Counted from the first letter of the stretch, positions 12,788 to 26,835 are shown. The stretch is DNA of 64,000 nucleotides from Octopus sinensis (GCF_006345805.1 NW_021833304.1:1-64000); one strand, 5' to 3'. Program-made: numbers and translations. Notes: generated by a model from the sequence alone, not told the origin.

Positions 12788-14163
12788 ATTGCATACACAT
12801 ACATACATTCATAATACACACACACACACATTGATTGTGTGATAAATCTGTCCGTTTCTTTCCAATGGTTGCATTAACTTGAAAAATATTTTAATCGTTT
12901 TATCGTAATGTTTTACGGTTTTAGGTTTGTAGCTGCGTTTTGATCTGTAACTTTAGTTTGTCGCATTTGAAATGTGAATGAATATTATCTGTTTTTAGAC
13001 ATGGAGAATAAGGATTAACAATAAACGAAAATAAACGAACGAATTTATCTGACAACACAATGCAACCACCCACACACAATCATGTAGGAAACGGCAGCGG
13101 GAATGCGAAGAAGAAAGAGAGCGATGGAGGGGTTTTAGAAGAAAGTGGAAGGAAGAGGAGTTTGGTGCAAAGACATATGAATGAAAAGAAAGATATAGTG
13201 ACACAAAGACACAAAGAAATCAAAGAGTGTCGAAAACACTTGAACATGGTGAAATGAATACCTCTGGCAACATTGGTAACGTCGGAATTATTGATATGGA
13301 AATGATATGAATTTGGAAAATAAAACACAATATTCAAACAGTAAAAACAATAATATATGGGAAAAAGTGAAAACAATATGTTGACAAGCTAAAGACAAAT
13401 TCCTTTGTTTCAAACGCTGAACGAAAAAACGTATTTCAACGAGAGCAATATAGAATTGCCACTCAAGATTAAAATTTCTTTAGAAACCATTATCTAAGAG
13501 ATTCCTTGGAACAATGAAAGTATCAAAGACAAATATAAAAGGAAAAATGCAAAAAGAACAAAAGAAACAAATCGAAAACCAAACTGTAGATGATATAAAA
13601 ATTGATATGTTTAACCTGGAGAATAAGTGGAAATATAGAGCATGTGAGTAGCACAAATTATTTAAAATCTATATTAAATAAAGTATGTATAAGGTGTATT
13701 TGTATAGGTAGAAACAGTGTAACTCGTTCAGAAACACATATAATGTATAGTTAAGCATCTTTGGATACACATTTCTCTTTCTTCTCCTTTATAAATATAT
13801 ATAAAAAAGAGTGTGTCGTATGGGTGTATGAGCGCGTGTGTACTGGTATGCATATATTTTAAGAGAGATGCGGAGGGCGTGACAAATGAACAAAAGGTAG
13901 AGACAAGGTTGACATTTTTCCACACTCCACTTCTCTGTTCCACGTGGTTTAACAATAATCATCATAAATCTGATAGAGTATTAAGCAGGATGTGGGTCAC
14001 CGAAACTGGAACACAAAAGACATGAGCAGCATTTTAGGCTATATATAACATACGCGAGTTTCAGTAAGCCGGTTACTGAAATTACATAGACCGGTTATTC
14101 AAGTTCGAGTCACTTCGTCATCAGTATCAGCAAAACAATATATATTAACAAACATGTGTATGC

Positions 14164-14199
<36 letters not shown>

Positions 14200-14206
<7 letters not shown>

Positions 14207-14360
14207 AAACAAAAGACGAAGACAGGTGTAGGAACAACAGGCAGGTGTATTAATTTGACGCTCGCAAAGGATGGAAAAGTCTTTTGTGTTTCGAGCCTGC
14301 GCTCTTCGACAGAAAGTATTCATAGGTAAATAAACGGAACGAGAAAAAATGTGCAGAATT
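14200..14360 (-). mobile_element. Penelope-like terminal fragment with variant hammerhead-like core (family P2)
   Basis: Minus strand ttt CTGTCGA a GAGC gcag GCTC GAAA cac aaaag (14312-14281); homologous to 55400-55560; flanked by (TA)n. Confidence 0.45.
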
Positions 14361-14406
14361 CAATGGTCCAACATTGCGATATATGTATATATACATATAT
14401 ACATAT

Positions 14407-14450
<44 letters not shown>

Positions 14451-15369
14451 TATATATATATACATATAGATAGATAGATACATATACACACACACGTGTG
14501 TGTGTGTTCTACATTAGGATGGTCATACTGTGACAGAAGAATCAGCTCACTGGTTGTAGTCTGTTTTTATACTTAATTGATTTATTAATTACTCAAACAT
14601 TTAGTTGGTTTGTCAATACCGTCCCTCACTTCCCACAATTTTTGCAATGATTGCTCTCAGATTTTCTTCTTACCTCGGTTCTTTCTCCGGATTAGATCCG
14701 CATCTTTTTTCCATGTACCTTTTGGATGTTTTAATGTTTTAATGTTTTTTTTTGTTATTGAATTCTTTTCGACAAAATTTCGACAGAAGCAAGACAATTA
14801 GACTTGTTCGATTTCAATAATCCAGTCTCGTCCTGCCATTCATTTTTGCAATTTTATTTTTGTTATCTATCTCTGCGTGGTATATCCTAGTTCCTCGAGC
14901 GCTGCGTATTACAAGATACAGTCTCTAGTTGAAAGATCAGATAAATTTGGGAACCAAAATAATCTGGAGATGGCTTACGCAGCCAAAAACTTTCGGAAGC
15001 CTTCCATAAGTTCACTTTCATTGAATAAAGACCAGGATGATTGAATGAAGATCAAGGTGAGTGAATTTATCGATTTCTCCAATGAACTCTCCTTTATTAT
15101 TAGTTGATTGGGTTTGTAAAGGCCAGAATAGCGAAACTTAGTAACCTAATAATATTTTGGCTGATTGCAACCTACAATAAAAACTCAATACGTCTGTTAT
15201 CTTACATATTACTCATTAGAAACTTTACGATTGCATTTCTCTTGGAATAATTACAATAATTAATCTATTTATATTAATTATTTTATCGTATTTTCATTGG
15301 TTTTCCAACCATTAATTACTCTCTAACCCATATTCAGTTTCAATATTATTCTTTTATTCATTCAACTCC

Positions 15370-15457
<88 letters not shown>

Positions 15458-15592
15458 ATGTGTATGCGTGTGTGTATATAATATATGCACACGCATATGT
15501 ATATATATATATATAATATATAATAAATTAATAACGCACGCATCCATTTCTAAGTAAGATTGTTCTTGATATATATATATATATATATATAT

Positions 15593-15647
<55 letters not shown>

Positions 15648-17371
15648 ATGTATGTATGTAAATATATATATGCATATGTATGTGTATATATATGTGTGTT
15701 GTATGTATATGTATATGTTTATATATATATATATATATATACTATATATTATTAAATACATATAATTATATAATATATAATGATGGAAGTATGTCCGAAC
15801 TTTCGTGATCAATCATATTTTGTATCACAATTATCAGGAGTTTCAGTGAACGTATTGGGTAAATATTTCGAATCGTGTTGCCATAACTGACAGACGGAAA
15901 GTTTAGTGATTAAAAATGTTGGCAAAGAATCGATAAGAATCTTGGGGAAATATAAGATAGACAGGCGCACTCTTTACGACGTGTGATTTCTTCTTTAACT
16001 TCACAGACTTGTGTGTGAAGTTAACAACTTGATATCTGATCCATTATATTAACTGTACTCCGCCTTTGTTATCAGCAAGATGTATGGATCCAAGTTTTAT
16101 GATAAGATGGCGATAATTGAAAGAACAAAACAATACCTGACGTCCTTATATTTCGACGTCTTCAAATGTAAAGCTGCTTTCAACATTCACTAGAGTATCA
16201 AGAAGTGTCGGTCTCGAATTAATGCCAATTACAAAGGCGTCAATCAACATTACCGCAGTGTTGCAGCTGCCGTGGATGGTGAAGTGAAAAGATTGGGTTG
16301 AAGTACAGATAAGTGTGATACAAGGGGTTATGTTATCCTCTCTAATCTTAATTACTTCAGGAAGTTGTCTTGAGAGCACTTACACAATTATATATAAAAT
16401 TCTGCACTCAATAATGTCTTATCCGTTGTTATTAAGCTGACGGCACAAACTTCGTATCCACGACATTTGACGAAGTGAGAATATCCGCTTTACAAAGCGA
16501 AACATACAAAATAATTCTCGAAAGCGCCTGAAGTAGAACATGTCGTATAGTTGGAAGTTTTCTTGAGTGGGATCAAATGATATGAAAAGTCGTGGCTCAC
16601 GGACATGTAAGATGCTTGCATTAGGGAGACTAAGAAACATGACATTGAAACAAACGAGACAGCAGCCAGCGGCGATTCAAAGCTCAGCTGTATAATGAAT
16701 CTATCGGTGGTAAAGTCTGAAAATAAATATCAGTTGGAATAATTTGAAACATGGCGCCTGAGATTTATATAATGGGTGTCATTGCGAGAAAGGCTTAAAT
16801 AAGGATTTTCAATTTACTAACTCATGTGTCCACTTCCTCATATAGAGAATTTAAACAATTTTATTCATTACAAGATTCATTACAATCTTATTCATTACAT
16901 TATTCATTATATTTTATTTAAGCTTAAAACATTTTACAAAAAATTATGTAGAAACGTTTACTGAAAGACCAACTCTTTATATAACTGTATCCCAAATTAT
17001 GATATATTTTATATAACTATCTTAAACCATTTATTTGGAGTTCGAGCGATAACTCACTTTCCATGTTATTACGCGTATGATAAGGAAAAGAATGAAGGAT
17101 ACAGCTGAGTGACAAGAAGACCTCAAAATATCTACGTTAATCACGGGTTCTGTCAAGGCTTCCCGAACCATAGACCGCGTGGTTAATCTAAAACCTGAAA
17201 TCCTCAGAAATGTGAGGTAAAGGATCCGCAATGTTACGATTTTAAGCAACAGCAGAGTGTCAAACAGAAGAATATGGTGGCGGTGAAGTTGATAGGTTGG
17301 AGCAGACATTCTCAGAAGACTGACAAGCAGAGAATGTACATAAATACATACATACGTATACATAACTACAT

Positions 17372-17435
<64 letters not shown>

Positions 17436-18229
17436 CACACATGTATCTGTGTATGTATGTGTATAAATATATATATATTTATACACACATAATACACGCA
17501 TATATACACACAGACAGGCAGACACACACATATATACATTTAAACCTGTGTGAATAAAAAAGCTATGCAAATGTGTATACACAGGCATAGAAGATATTAG
17601 TTTCCTCATACGAATGGTTGTCATGCATGCTAAGACTGGCTCTTTGGAAAGTGTGTGTGTATCTGTGTGGTGTGCAGGATAATGTATACACGTAGATTAT
17701 CCCTGAATGCGCTCGATGTATCTGAGTTCAGACATCAGCTTCAGATAAAAGGAAAGCCACCATATTTCAGCATTGAAATGTTTCAGCATTGATCCATTCC
17801 CGCAGCCCATTAACCCTTTCCTTAGCGTAAGGTGGCCGTAAATCTGTCATCGTTTTGTCTGTGTTACATAATGACATTGTCAATAACCGTGCTAGCAAGT
17901 ACATTTCTAATTTAAACTCCTAACAGACATGAAAAGAAACCAGAATGGAAAATGTTATTTCATCTCGAAATCACGTTACATCACACCAGAATTAATCTAC
18001 TCTTACAATGTGATTAGCGATCAATCGATTGGTATTCGCCAAGTCTGATAAACTTAAGAAGAAAAGTAAAAACGCCAGCCTTTGTGGAGGGCAGAAAGGA
18101 AAAAGCGAAAAAATCAAAAAGCAAAACAGTAACCCAAAACATGATGATGAAGTGACTTTTGCAGTGAAGAAGGAATTGAAAAGAATTTTCCCGACATAAC
18201 AAAGCGGTTTTTCGTGCTACTGTAGCAAT

Positions 18230-18235
18230 GATGAC

Positions 18236-18274
<39 letters not shown>

Positions 18275-18332
18275 ATGATGATATCATTAATAATAATAAT
18301 AATAATAATAATAGGAAGAAGAAGAAGAAGAA

Positions 18333-18379
<47 letters not shown>

Positions 18380-18615
18380 AGAAGAAGAAAAGAGCAACGA
18401 AAAACAGAATCCTCATCAATATCAACCGCAAAAACAACAACAATGAAAACAGCAACAATAACAATAATAATATTAATAATAATAGTAATAACAACAACAA
18501 CAGAGAGTTTTATATAGTTGAACGACTGCTGAAAACTTGTGGTTACCTAATTTCACAGCTAGTAACCTGCTACCTACGTAATTCCTACAAGGTATAAGAC
18601 CAAACCGAAGCCAAA

Positions 18616-18671
<56 letters not shown>

Positions 18672-18890
18672 AAAAATAATAATAATAATAACAACAATAA
18701 TCTTTTCTAATAGAGGCACGAGGCCTGAAATATGGAGGGGGTAAGTCACCACCTTAATAACAGCAAGAAGAAGAAGAAGAAGACGAAGAAGAAGAAGAAG
18801 AAGAAGAGGAAGTGGAAGGAGAAGAAGTAGAAGAAGAGGAGTAAGGAGGAGGGGGCGGAGGAGGAGAAAGAGAAAGAAGTTGAGGATTAT
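18230..18890. repeat. Compound trinucleotide cluster (GAT)n-(AAT)n-(GAA)n-(AAC)n-(GAG)n
   Basis: Direct read. Confidence 0.95.
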
Positions 18891-18972
18891 TAGAGTAATG
18901 TACGTCCAGAGCAGATTAGCACTTAAGATGTTGTGTGGTAGGAGTTGCCATCGATGTGTTTCTTTGATTCAG

Positions 18973-19029
18973 TTGAGACGCAGTTCAAGGTTGGACGACA
19001 GGTTTTTAGTTTGTTTGCGAGTAACAAAC
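18973..19029 (+). CDS. Candidate 57-nt micro-exon (xETQFKVGRQVFSLFASNKx in phase 1, or LRRSSRLDDRFLVCLRVTN in phase 0)
   Basis: tttctttgattcag acceptor, gtaaga donor, length 3n. No homology recognised. Confidence 0.2.
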
Positions 19030-19364
19030 GTAAGAAAGAAGAGATGAGAGAAACAAAGGCTGTGATGTAAAAAATAATTACTTCTTTACACGTTTACTTC
19101 TAAGAATAATCGAAAGAGCACAATAACAATGCACTGTTACAATAAGGCTTTAATGAAGGACGTCCAACTGCTCTGCATCCATCCGGCAATCCGGAAATAG
19201 AAACGACCAATGGTTCAATGCATACGTAATCATTTATTAAAACGTTATTTTGTGTGTGTGTGAATGTATGTGTGTGTGTGTGTGTGTGTATTCTTTCCTC
19301 GCTCCTTGAATTTTTCTCCAACGAATCGACTTCACTACCCCCCCACACATACATACACACTTAT

Positions 19365-19570
19365 GTACTCTTGTACTTGTTTCAGTCATTTGACTGTGAT
19401 CATGCTGCAGCACCGCCTTTAGTCGAGCAAATCAACCCCAGGACTTATTCTTTGTAAGCCTTGTACTTATTCTATCGTACTCTTTTGCCCAACCGCTAAG
19501 TTACGGGGAGGTAAACATACCAGCATCGGTTGTCAAGCGATGTTGGCGGGGACAAACACAGACACAAACA
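19365..19570 (-). mobile_element. SINE family A, 3' half
   Basis: cttgtttcagtcatttgactg...ccagcatcggttgtcaagcgatg, near-identical to other copies. Confidence 0.9.
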
Positions 19571-19790
19571 TACACCACACACACACACACACAAGCATAT
19601 ATATATATATATATTATATACACCACACATATATGTATACGTATACACTTCTATTACATACATACATATATATACATCTATATATATATATTATATATAT
19701 ATATATCATATATATATATATATAATATAATATATATGTAGTATGTAGTATGTATGCGGATTAAGAGCAGCTTTAATAATATATTTTAAA

Positions 19791-20111
19791 GACTCCGCCG
19801 GTTACGACGACGAGGGTCCCAGCTGATACGATCAACGGAACAGCTTGCTCGTGAAATTAACGTGCAAATGGCTGAGCATTCCACAGACACGTGTACCCTT
19901 AACGTAGTTCTCGGGGATAATCAGCGTGAGACAGAGAGTGACAAGGCTGACCCTTTGAAATACAAGTACAACTCATTTTTGCCAGCTGAATGGACTGGAG
20001 CAACGTGAAATAAAGTGTCTTGCTCAAGGACACAACGCGTCGCCGGGAATCGAACTCACAACCTTACGATCATGAGCCGAATGCCCTAACCACTAAGCCA
20101 CGCGCCCTCAC
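19791..20111 (-). mobile_element. Full-length tRNA-derived SINE family C
   Basis: Minus-strand head gtgagggcgcgTGGCTTAGTGG (A box)...GAGTTCGATTCC (B box), then central domain ttgtgtccttgagcaagacactttatttcacgttgctccagtc shared with 48601-48737 and 52324-52640. Confidence 0.85.
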
Positions 20112-20187
20112 TTAAATTATATATATATATACAACACACATATATGTATACGTATACACTTCTATATACATACATACATATATATCA

Positions 20188-20254
<67 letters not shown>

Positions 20255-20779
20255 ATGTGTATGTATGTATGCGGATTAAGAGCAGCTTAATAAATACCCA
20301 AACATTTTTACCCTTATACACATATACATATATCACAGTATTCAGTATCGACCACGCCAGCAGATGTTGTTATACATCACTGGTCACAATGCGCTTCCAA
20401 TTCTCTCTTGATTTCGTCATTCTTTCCCATCTTAACCCATATTGCTTGATTAAATCGTCTTCCATCGCCGTGGAGGCCTTTCAACTGACCTTTTCCGATC
20501 CCTTAACTACCACTCGGTAGCTGCAACATTTGATAACAGGTGTTCGTGTTTTTACGGCCCGATAATCTAGCAGTTTGGTAAAGTAACGGATGGAATTAGT
20601 AACAGGCTTAATAAAAGGTTAGTACGGGTGTGGATTCGCTAATTGAAATTCTTCAAGGCGGTGCCCTAACATGGCCGCTGTCTAATGAATGAAACAAATA
20701 AGAGAGATAAAGGAGATGAATGACATAGGCTAATGATCGTCAGCGCCGGGTCTCATGAGGAATGGGGGGTAAATTGTAA

Positions 20780-21160
20780 AGAAACAGAAGAGACAGGGAG
20801 CGGGAGGGAAAGACAGAGAGGGTGAGAGGCGGGAGAGAAAAAGAGAAGGGGAGAGAGTGAGTGAGAGAGAGGGCAGGGAGAGGAAGAGAATGAGGGGGAG
20901 AGAAGGAGAGAGACGGAAAAGGAGGAAGAGAGAGGGAGACGGAGAGGGAGGAGAGAGGGAGAGAGAGACTGAGAGAGATAGGAAGAGAGAGGGAGAGAGC
21001 GAGAGAGACAGGGAGAGAGAGAAAGAGAGAGGGGGAGAGAGTGAGGAAGAAACATATGAAGAGATAGAGTGGGAGAGCGAGAGGGAGAGAGTGGAAGATA
21101 GAAGAAGAGAGAGAGGGAGAGAAGGAGGGTAAGTAGACGGAGGGAAAGAGAGAAAGCGAG
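20780..21160. repeat. Polypurine (GA/GGA)-rich low-complexity tract
   Basis: About 380 nt almost entirely G/A on the plus strand. Confidence 0.9.
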
Positions 21161-21968
21161 AAAATATTTATAATTCTTAAGAATGCTGAGTATAAATTGA
21201 GATGTCGAGAAAGGGGGTGTGGTGTGAAAGATGGGTCCTGAGATGGATAGAAAGAAGGAATAAAGAGCCAACGAGTGTGTGGAGGAAAAGAGAAGATGGA
21301 CAGGGCGACCTCCCATCAATTTAAAATTTGCACTATTAGAAGATGAACTTCAATAACGTTTTAGCTATTATCTATAACGCTAGATTCACAGATGCACGAG
21401 AGTGCATATATATATACATACATACACGGACACATACATATATATATATATATACATGGTTAAAATTATATGGAAAACACAATCATGTGCACGTTAATTA
21501 TGTGTGTGTATGTGTGTGTACGTGCATGTGTGTTTATGCGTTTGTGTGCGGATGTGTGTGTATATATATATGTGTGTGTGTGTACAGTTAAAATATTTAT
21601 CGGCAATTTGTGAGTGACAAGACCCAACCTACTCGTAGCTGCGAGATCACTGACATCGGTTTCCTTGGAAACGTAATTTTTAATAGTTTTTATATTTACA
21701 CATTCGTACAATTACTTTGTTAGTTAATATTGGAATGGCTTCATCATAAATTAAGTATGAAACACATATAATTGGTATATATATACATGTATATATATAA
21801 TATATATATATATAATATATATTACACACATACATATATATATACATATGATACATATATATATATATATAATATTAATATGAGGGAATATTATTCCCAA
21901 CTTATTGAATTGATATAAGGTGTTTTTTTATTATATATTATACATACACAGACATATATTATTATACA

Positions 21969-22038
<70 letters not shown>

Positions 22039-22089
22039 ATATATATATGTATATATACATACATATATATATATGATGATAAAATAATG

Positions 22090-22121
<32 letters not shown>

Positions 22122-22738
22122 TAATAATAATAATAATAATAATAAATAATAATATATAATATGAGGGAATATTATTCCATACTTATTGAAAAATGGTGTT
22201 TCTTTTTCTAATATATATATATATATACGTGTGAGTGCGTATGCGTGTTTATAGAAATGCCAACACACTCCATAGAAAGATAATGCAGGCGAGTAATTGA
22301 GAGAAAAATATGTTGTTTTGCAATTCAGCAAATAATATTTGAATGTTGTAAATACAAGAAGAATACATTGGCGAACAAAAAGAAAGGAACAAGGAGGAAA
22401 GAAAAAGAAAGAACTGGAAGAGAGAAAGGAAAGAAGATGGAGGCAGCGTGATTTCGACATCTTGTTAAATCTTGGCATATAATATAATGATATTGATCAT
22501 TTGTTGTGAATATATAATTTATTCTTCAGATTATATGAGAAAATATGTACATGCATGCATATCTGTATCTATAGCTAACTCGCTCTACATTATATATAAA
22601 GCATATCTAATATATATATATTATATATATATCGTATATATTACATCTACCAACATAAATTATATATACATACATATCTGTATATGTATGTATACAGATA
22701 TGAATGTGGTGTATATATATATATATATAATATATTAT

Positions 22739-22772
<34 letters not shown>

Positions 22773-22814
22773 GATATATATATATATAGATATATATATA
22801 TATATGATGTAGGC

Positions 22815-23225
22815 GCATTAGTGAGTGTGGTAAGTGGATTGCTTACCCAACCAATGTTTCCGGTTCAGTCCCACTGTGTGTGACACCTGGAAAGTGTCTT
22901 GTACTATAGCCACAGGCCGACCAAATCTTTTTGAGTGGATTTAGTAGACGGAGACTAAAGAAGCCCGCCGTAATATATATATCTATAATATATATATATA
23001 TATATATAATATATATATATATAATATATATGTATATTTATGTGCGTGTGTGTGTGTTTGTGTCTGTGTGCGTGTGTGTTTGCGTGTCATTGTTTGTCCC
23101 CCACCAACATCGCTTGACAACCACCGGTGCTGACAAAGAATAAGTCCTGCGGGTCGATTTGATCGACTAAATGCAGTGCTCCAGCATGGCCTCAGTCAGT
23201 TGACTGAAGCAAGTAAAAGAATAAA
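22815..23225 (+). mobile_element. SINE family A, near full length with an internal deletion
   Basis: Head gtgtggtaagt...ggttcagtcccact, internal (TA)n/(TG)n, tail gtgctccagcatggcc...aagtaaaaga. Confidence 0.85.
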
Positions 23226-23271
23226 AGAACACCACACACACAAACTATATATATATATATAGATATATTAT

Positions 23272-23302
<31 letters not shown>

Positions 23303-23732
23303 GCATATAATATATATATATATATATATGAATACAAACAGACAGACTGTCATATGCGTTTGTATGTTTGTGGTGTGTATGCATGTTTTTCCATGAAATA
23401 TTAATTCCAACATCACTCAATGTTATAACTATGCCTTACCACCGCAGCTTGTTATTCACTATCTCGTCAAGCCCCGCGTTATTATTCTATCTTAACAATA
23501 GGCTGTGCCAAGTTAATTATCTTTAAAAATCTGTTTAGCCATTTCTCATGTTCTATAATTGTTATTTTCCAGTTTTTCTTACGTCCATATTTATAAGTTA
23601 TAAGCTTGTCATAGTTTTCTACCAGCAATAATATAATTTTGCAGTTTATATATTTGTAAAATGAGCTGTTTAGAAACATCCCACCTGCCCACACACACGG
23701 ACACTAATGTGCCTGTGAGTGTGCACGTATGC

Positions 23733-23767
<35 letters not shown>

Positions 23768-24549
23768 CGTGTTTGCTTTTGTACGTGGGTGTGTGTGTTT
23801 GTAGGTGGTTTCTCTCTGTGATTTCCTCACTCCAAACAAAACATTACGCGAGCTGAGTCACCTCAGAGAGCAATCGCTGAAAAATCAGAATAAAAAAAAG
23901 CCATGATTGATTTTGATTATTGGGATCGCCTTAGAATATTGGTTTAAAATTTTGGGTCAGGTTAGGATGTTGGGAAGTTGGGTTTAGTCGATTACATCGA
24001 CCCCAGTGTTCAACTGGTATTTATCTTATCAACTTCAAAAATATGAGCATGGTACATTTATGTTCTTATATAATCTAAGATTGTGTTAAATAATTTACGT
24101 TGTTATATAATGCATCAATAATATGATAGTGAAACAGCTGTAGTAATTTATGTTCTTATTTCATACATATGCTACTCCTGGAGCCAACCCCAAGGTCGGA
24201 TCTAAAATTTATATTGGATTTCGTACATATGTGGAGACACACAGACAGACAGGCAAACACACACGCACACAAGTCATTGGAAACAATCCTTGGTGTTATT
24301 TATTCGCCATGTGTTTTATTTACTAATACATATAGAGAGTCACACGCATACACACATATGATATACATTCAGTCACTCTTACATACACCTACATATATAA
24401 AATTCACATATTAAATCGGATTAGTCCACTTGTATGGGAAAGCGTGCGGCCTATTGATTCCGAGCTTGTGTTCAGCGTCATGAAGTGACGAGTTGAATTA
24501 TGGACCCAGGCTGTCCCTAAACAATTTCCCGTTATTTCAGACTACTCAC

Positions 24550-24622
24550 AAGAAAGTGTACTGGAACCGGCTGTGGTTGCAGTCCCAACTCTCCCTTCAG
24601 CTGCCACATTCTCGATGTTTCG
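24550..24622 (-). CDS. Candidate 73-nt exon (RNIENVAAEGRVGTATTAGSSTLS); an overlapping plus-strand candidate lies at 24541-24649
   Basis: Minus strand: tcattcctcgctagtttcag acceptor and gtgagt donor, open frame, many GNN codons. Strand unresolved. Confidence 0.25.
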
Positions 24623-24999
24623 CTGAAACTAGCGAGGAATGATCTGGCAGTGAGTCTGCTCGCTGCTCCATAGGCATCTAAAAAAAGTTTAGAGAAAGCA
24701 TCGTACATGCTACAGAGCCAAACACACTTGCGTGTGACAGCTACGTCTGTTTTTCCACTCTAAATATGAAATCATTAATCCGAAAATCAATATTGTTAAT
24801 CGTATATTTAACCTATATATCGAAATGATTATTTTTTTTCTACTGAACTAATATCAGTTATCGTAAAGAACGATGTACTGCCTACACAGTCACTTGAATA
24901 TTTACAAGAACGACGACGGTAGCTTTTCTTTACTTTCAGAGATATATCACTCAACAAAACTTCACTATACCTTCTAAAACGTATTTATTTAACATGTTA

Positions 25000-25479
25000 G
25001 ATATAATAGTTGTGCTTCCTAACTTCATGGTTCCGGGTTCAGTTCTACTGGGGATACCTAGGGGTAAGTGTCTCCTACTATAGGCTCGGGCAGACCATAC
25101 GCTCGCGCGTGGATTTGGTAGATGGAAACTGAAAGAAGCCCGTCGTATATATATATTACTCTTTACTCTTTTCCTCATTTACTTGTTTCAGTCATGTGAC
25201 TGTGGCCATGCTGGAGCACCGCCCTTAGTCGAGCAAATCGACCTCAGGGCTTATTCTTTGTAAGCCTAGTACTTATTCCCTCGGGCACTTTTGCCAAAAC
25301 GCTAGTTTACGGGGGCGTAAACACACCAGCATCGGTTGTCAAGCGATGTTGGTGGGAGACAAACACAGACACACAAACATATGTATACATATACATACAT
25401 ACATAAATACCTATATATAGTACGTTTAAATATTTGTTGGCTAAACTGGCAAAATGACCATTCCGAAATATAACAATAC

Positions 25480-25514
<35 letters not shown>

Positions 25515-25607
25515 TACGCCGGGATTCTTTCAGTTTCCGTCAACCAAATCCACTCACAAGGTTTTGGTCGACCTGAGGCTATAGTACAAGGTGTCACGTA
25601 GTGGGAC
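25000..25607. mobile_element. Inverted pair of SINE family A (plus-strand 5' half 25000-25150; minus-strand copy 25165-25607)
   Basis: ggatttggtagatggaaactgaaagaagcccg pairs with cgggattctttcagtttccgtcaaccaaatcc. Confidence 0.85.
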
Positions 25608-25624
25608 ACACACACACACATATA

Positions 25625-25765
<141 letters not shown>

Positions 25766-26229
25766 TAAGAAGCATTGTCGTGAATGACAAATGCGGGTTC
25801 AGTAGAATAAATTTTTAATCCTGTTCTATGGAGACGACTGTGTCTCTTAAGGCCTGCAAACATTTATACACATGGAACACCCCTCCGCACACACATATAT
25901 ACACATACAACGCATGTGTGTATGATTGGTTTGTGTTTGCTCTCCAACAACCGTTACACAACCGGTGTTGTTTTGTTTACGCCCCCGATTCGACAAAAGG
26001 GATTGATAGAATAAGAACCAAGTCCAAATCGAAAAGTAACTGCTGCGGTGGATTCAACAAAACCCTTAAAGGCAGTGACCCAGCATGGCCGCCATCAAAC
26101 AATTAATACGAATAAAAGAATAAAAACATATGTCTTTCCTGAATTTCCCACTCTTGTACTCGTGACATGAAAGAAAGAAGCCTTTTAATAAACCAGAACA
26201 CAATACACAGCATACGATTCGGGAATTAC

Positions 26230-26345
26230 ATTATGTTTGCAGACGGTTGCAGTTTAAAAGTAGAATTGAACTTTGCAGCATAAATTGCAGAAACAGACGA
26301 TACGGGGTCTATAATAACAGGGGAAGAATGCTGGGTCATTCGTGG
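26230..26345 (+). pseudogene. Possible decayed mariner transposase fragment
   Basis: IITGEECWV (26311-26337) resembles the mariner first-Asp motif IVTGDETWV; no other motifs seen. Confidence 0.3.
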
Positions 26346-26790
26346 ACAATTTATGCTGCAAGAAGTCTATTTGTAGAAGTTGTCTATACTCCGACAAAAT
26401 CATGCAACATTTATTGAGAAGAAATTTTAGATGTTCTCTGAATATTAAATAGCAAGGATAATTGCGACAAGAAGCGAGATAGTGCTGTAAAATAGGTAAA
26501 AGTACAAAAATAAAATGGAAATTTATTCAGAAATTTATATATTGTATGGCATACAACCGTCTTAGATAGTTTATAGTCAGGAGAAACGGTTGAGAAATCG
26601 GAAAATTCTATATAGCATCACGACTTGATAGGAATAGAACACACACACACACATACACACACACACACACACACAAATACTCACACAAATACACACACAT
26701 GCACACCCACACAGACGCATACCCGCACTCATATATACACATATTTATATGTATATCCATAATAACATATGTACATATTTACGTTCATAC

Positions 26791-26835
<45 letters not shown>

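Noticed and set aside
14891-15056. AG...gtgagt-bounded exon candidate ending ATGAAGATCAAG
   Set aside because: Stops in all three frames; only a UTR or start-exon reading is possible and nothing supports it.
17031-17340. Non-repetitive part of the 197-aa minus-strand ORF
   Set aside because: No recognisable domain or convincing splice boundaries; the ORF's first half is microsatellite.
19990-20111. tRNA gene
   Set aside because: A and B boxes are present but there is no complete cloverleaf, and it continues into a SINE body; it is a SINE head.
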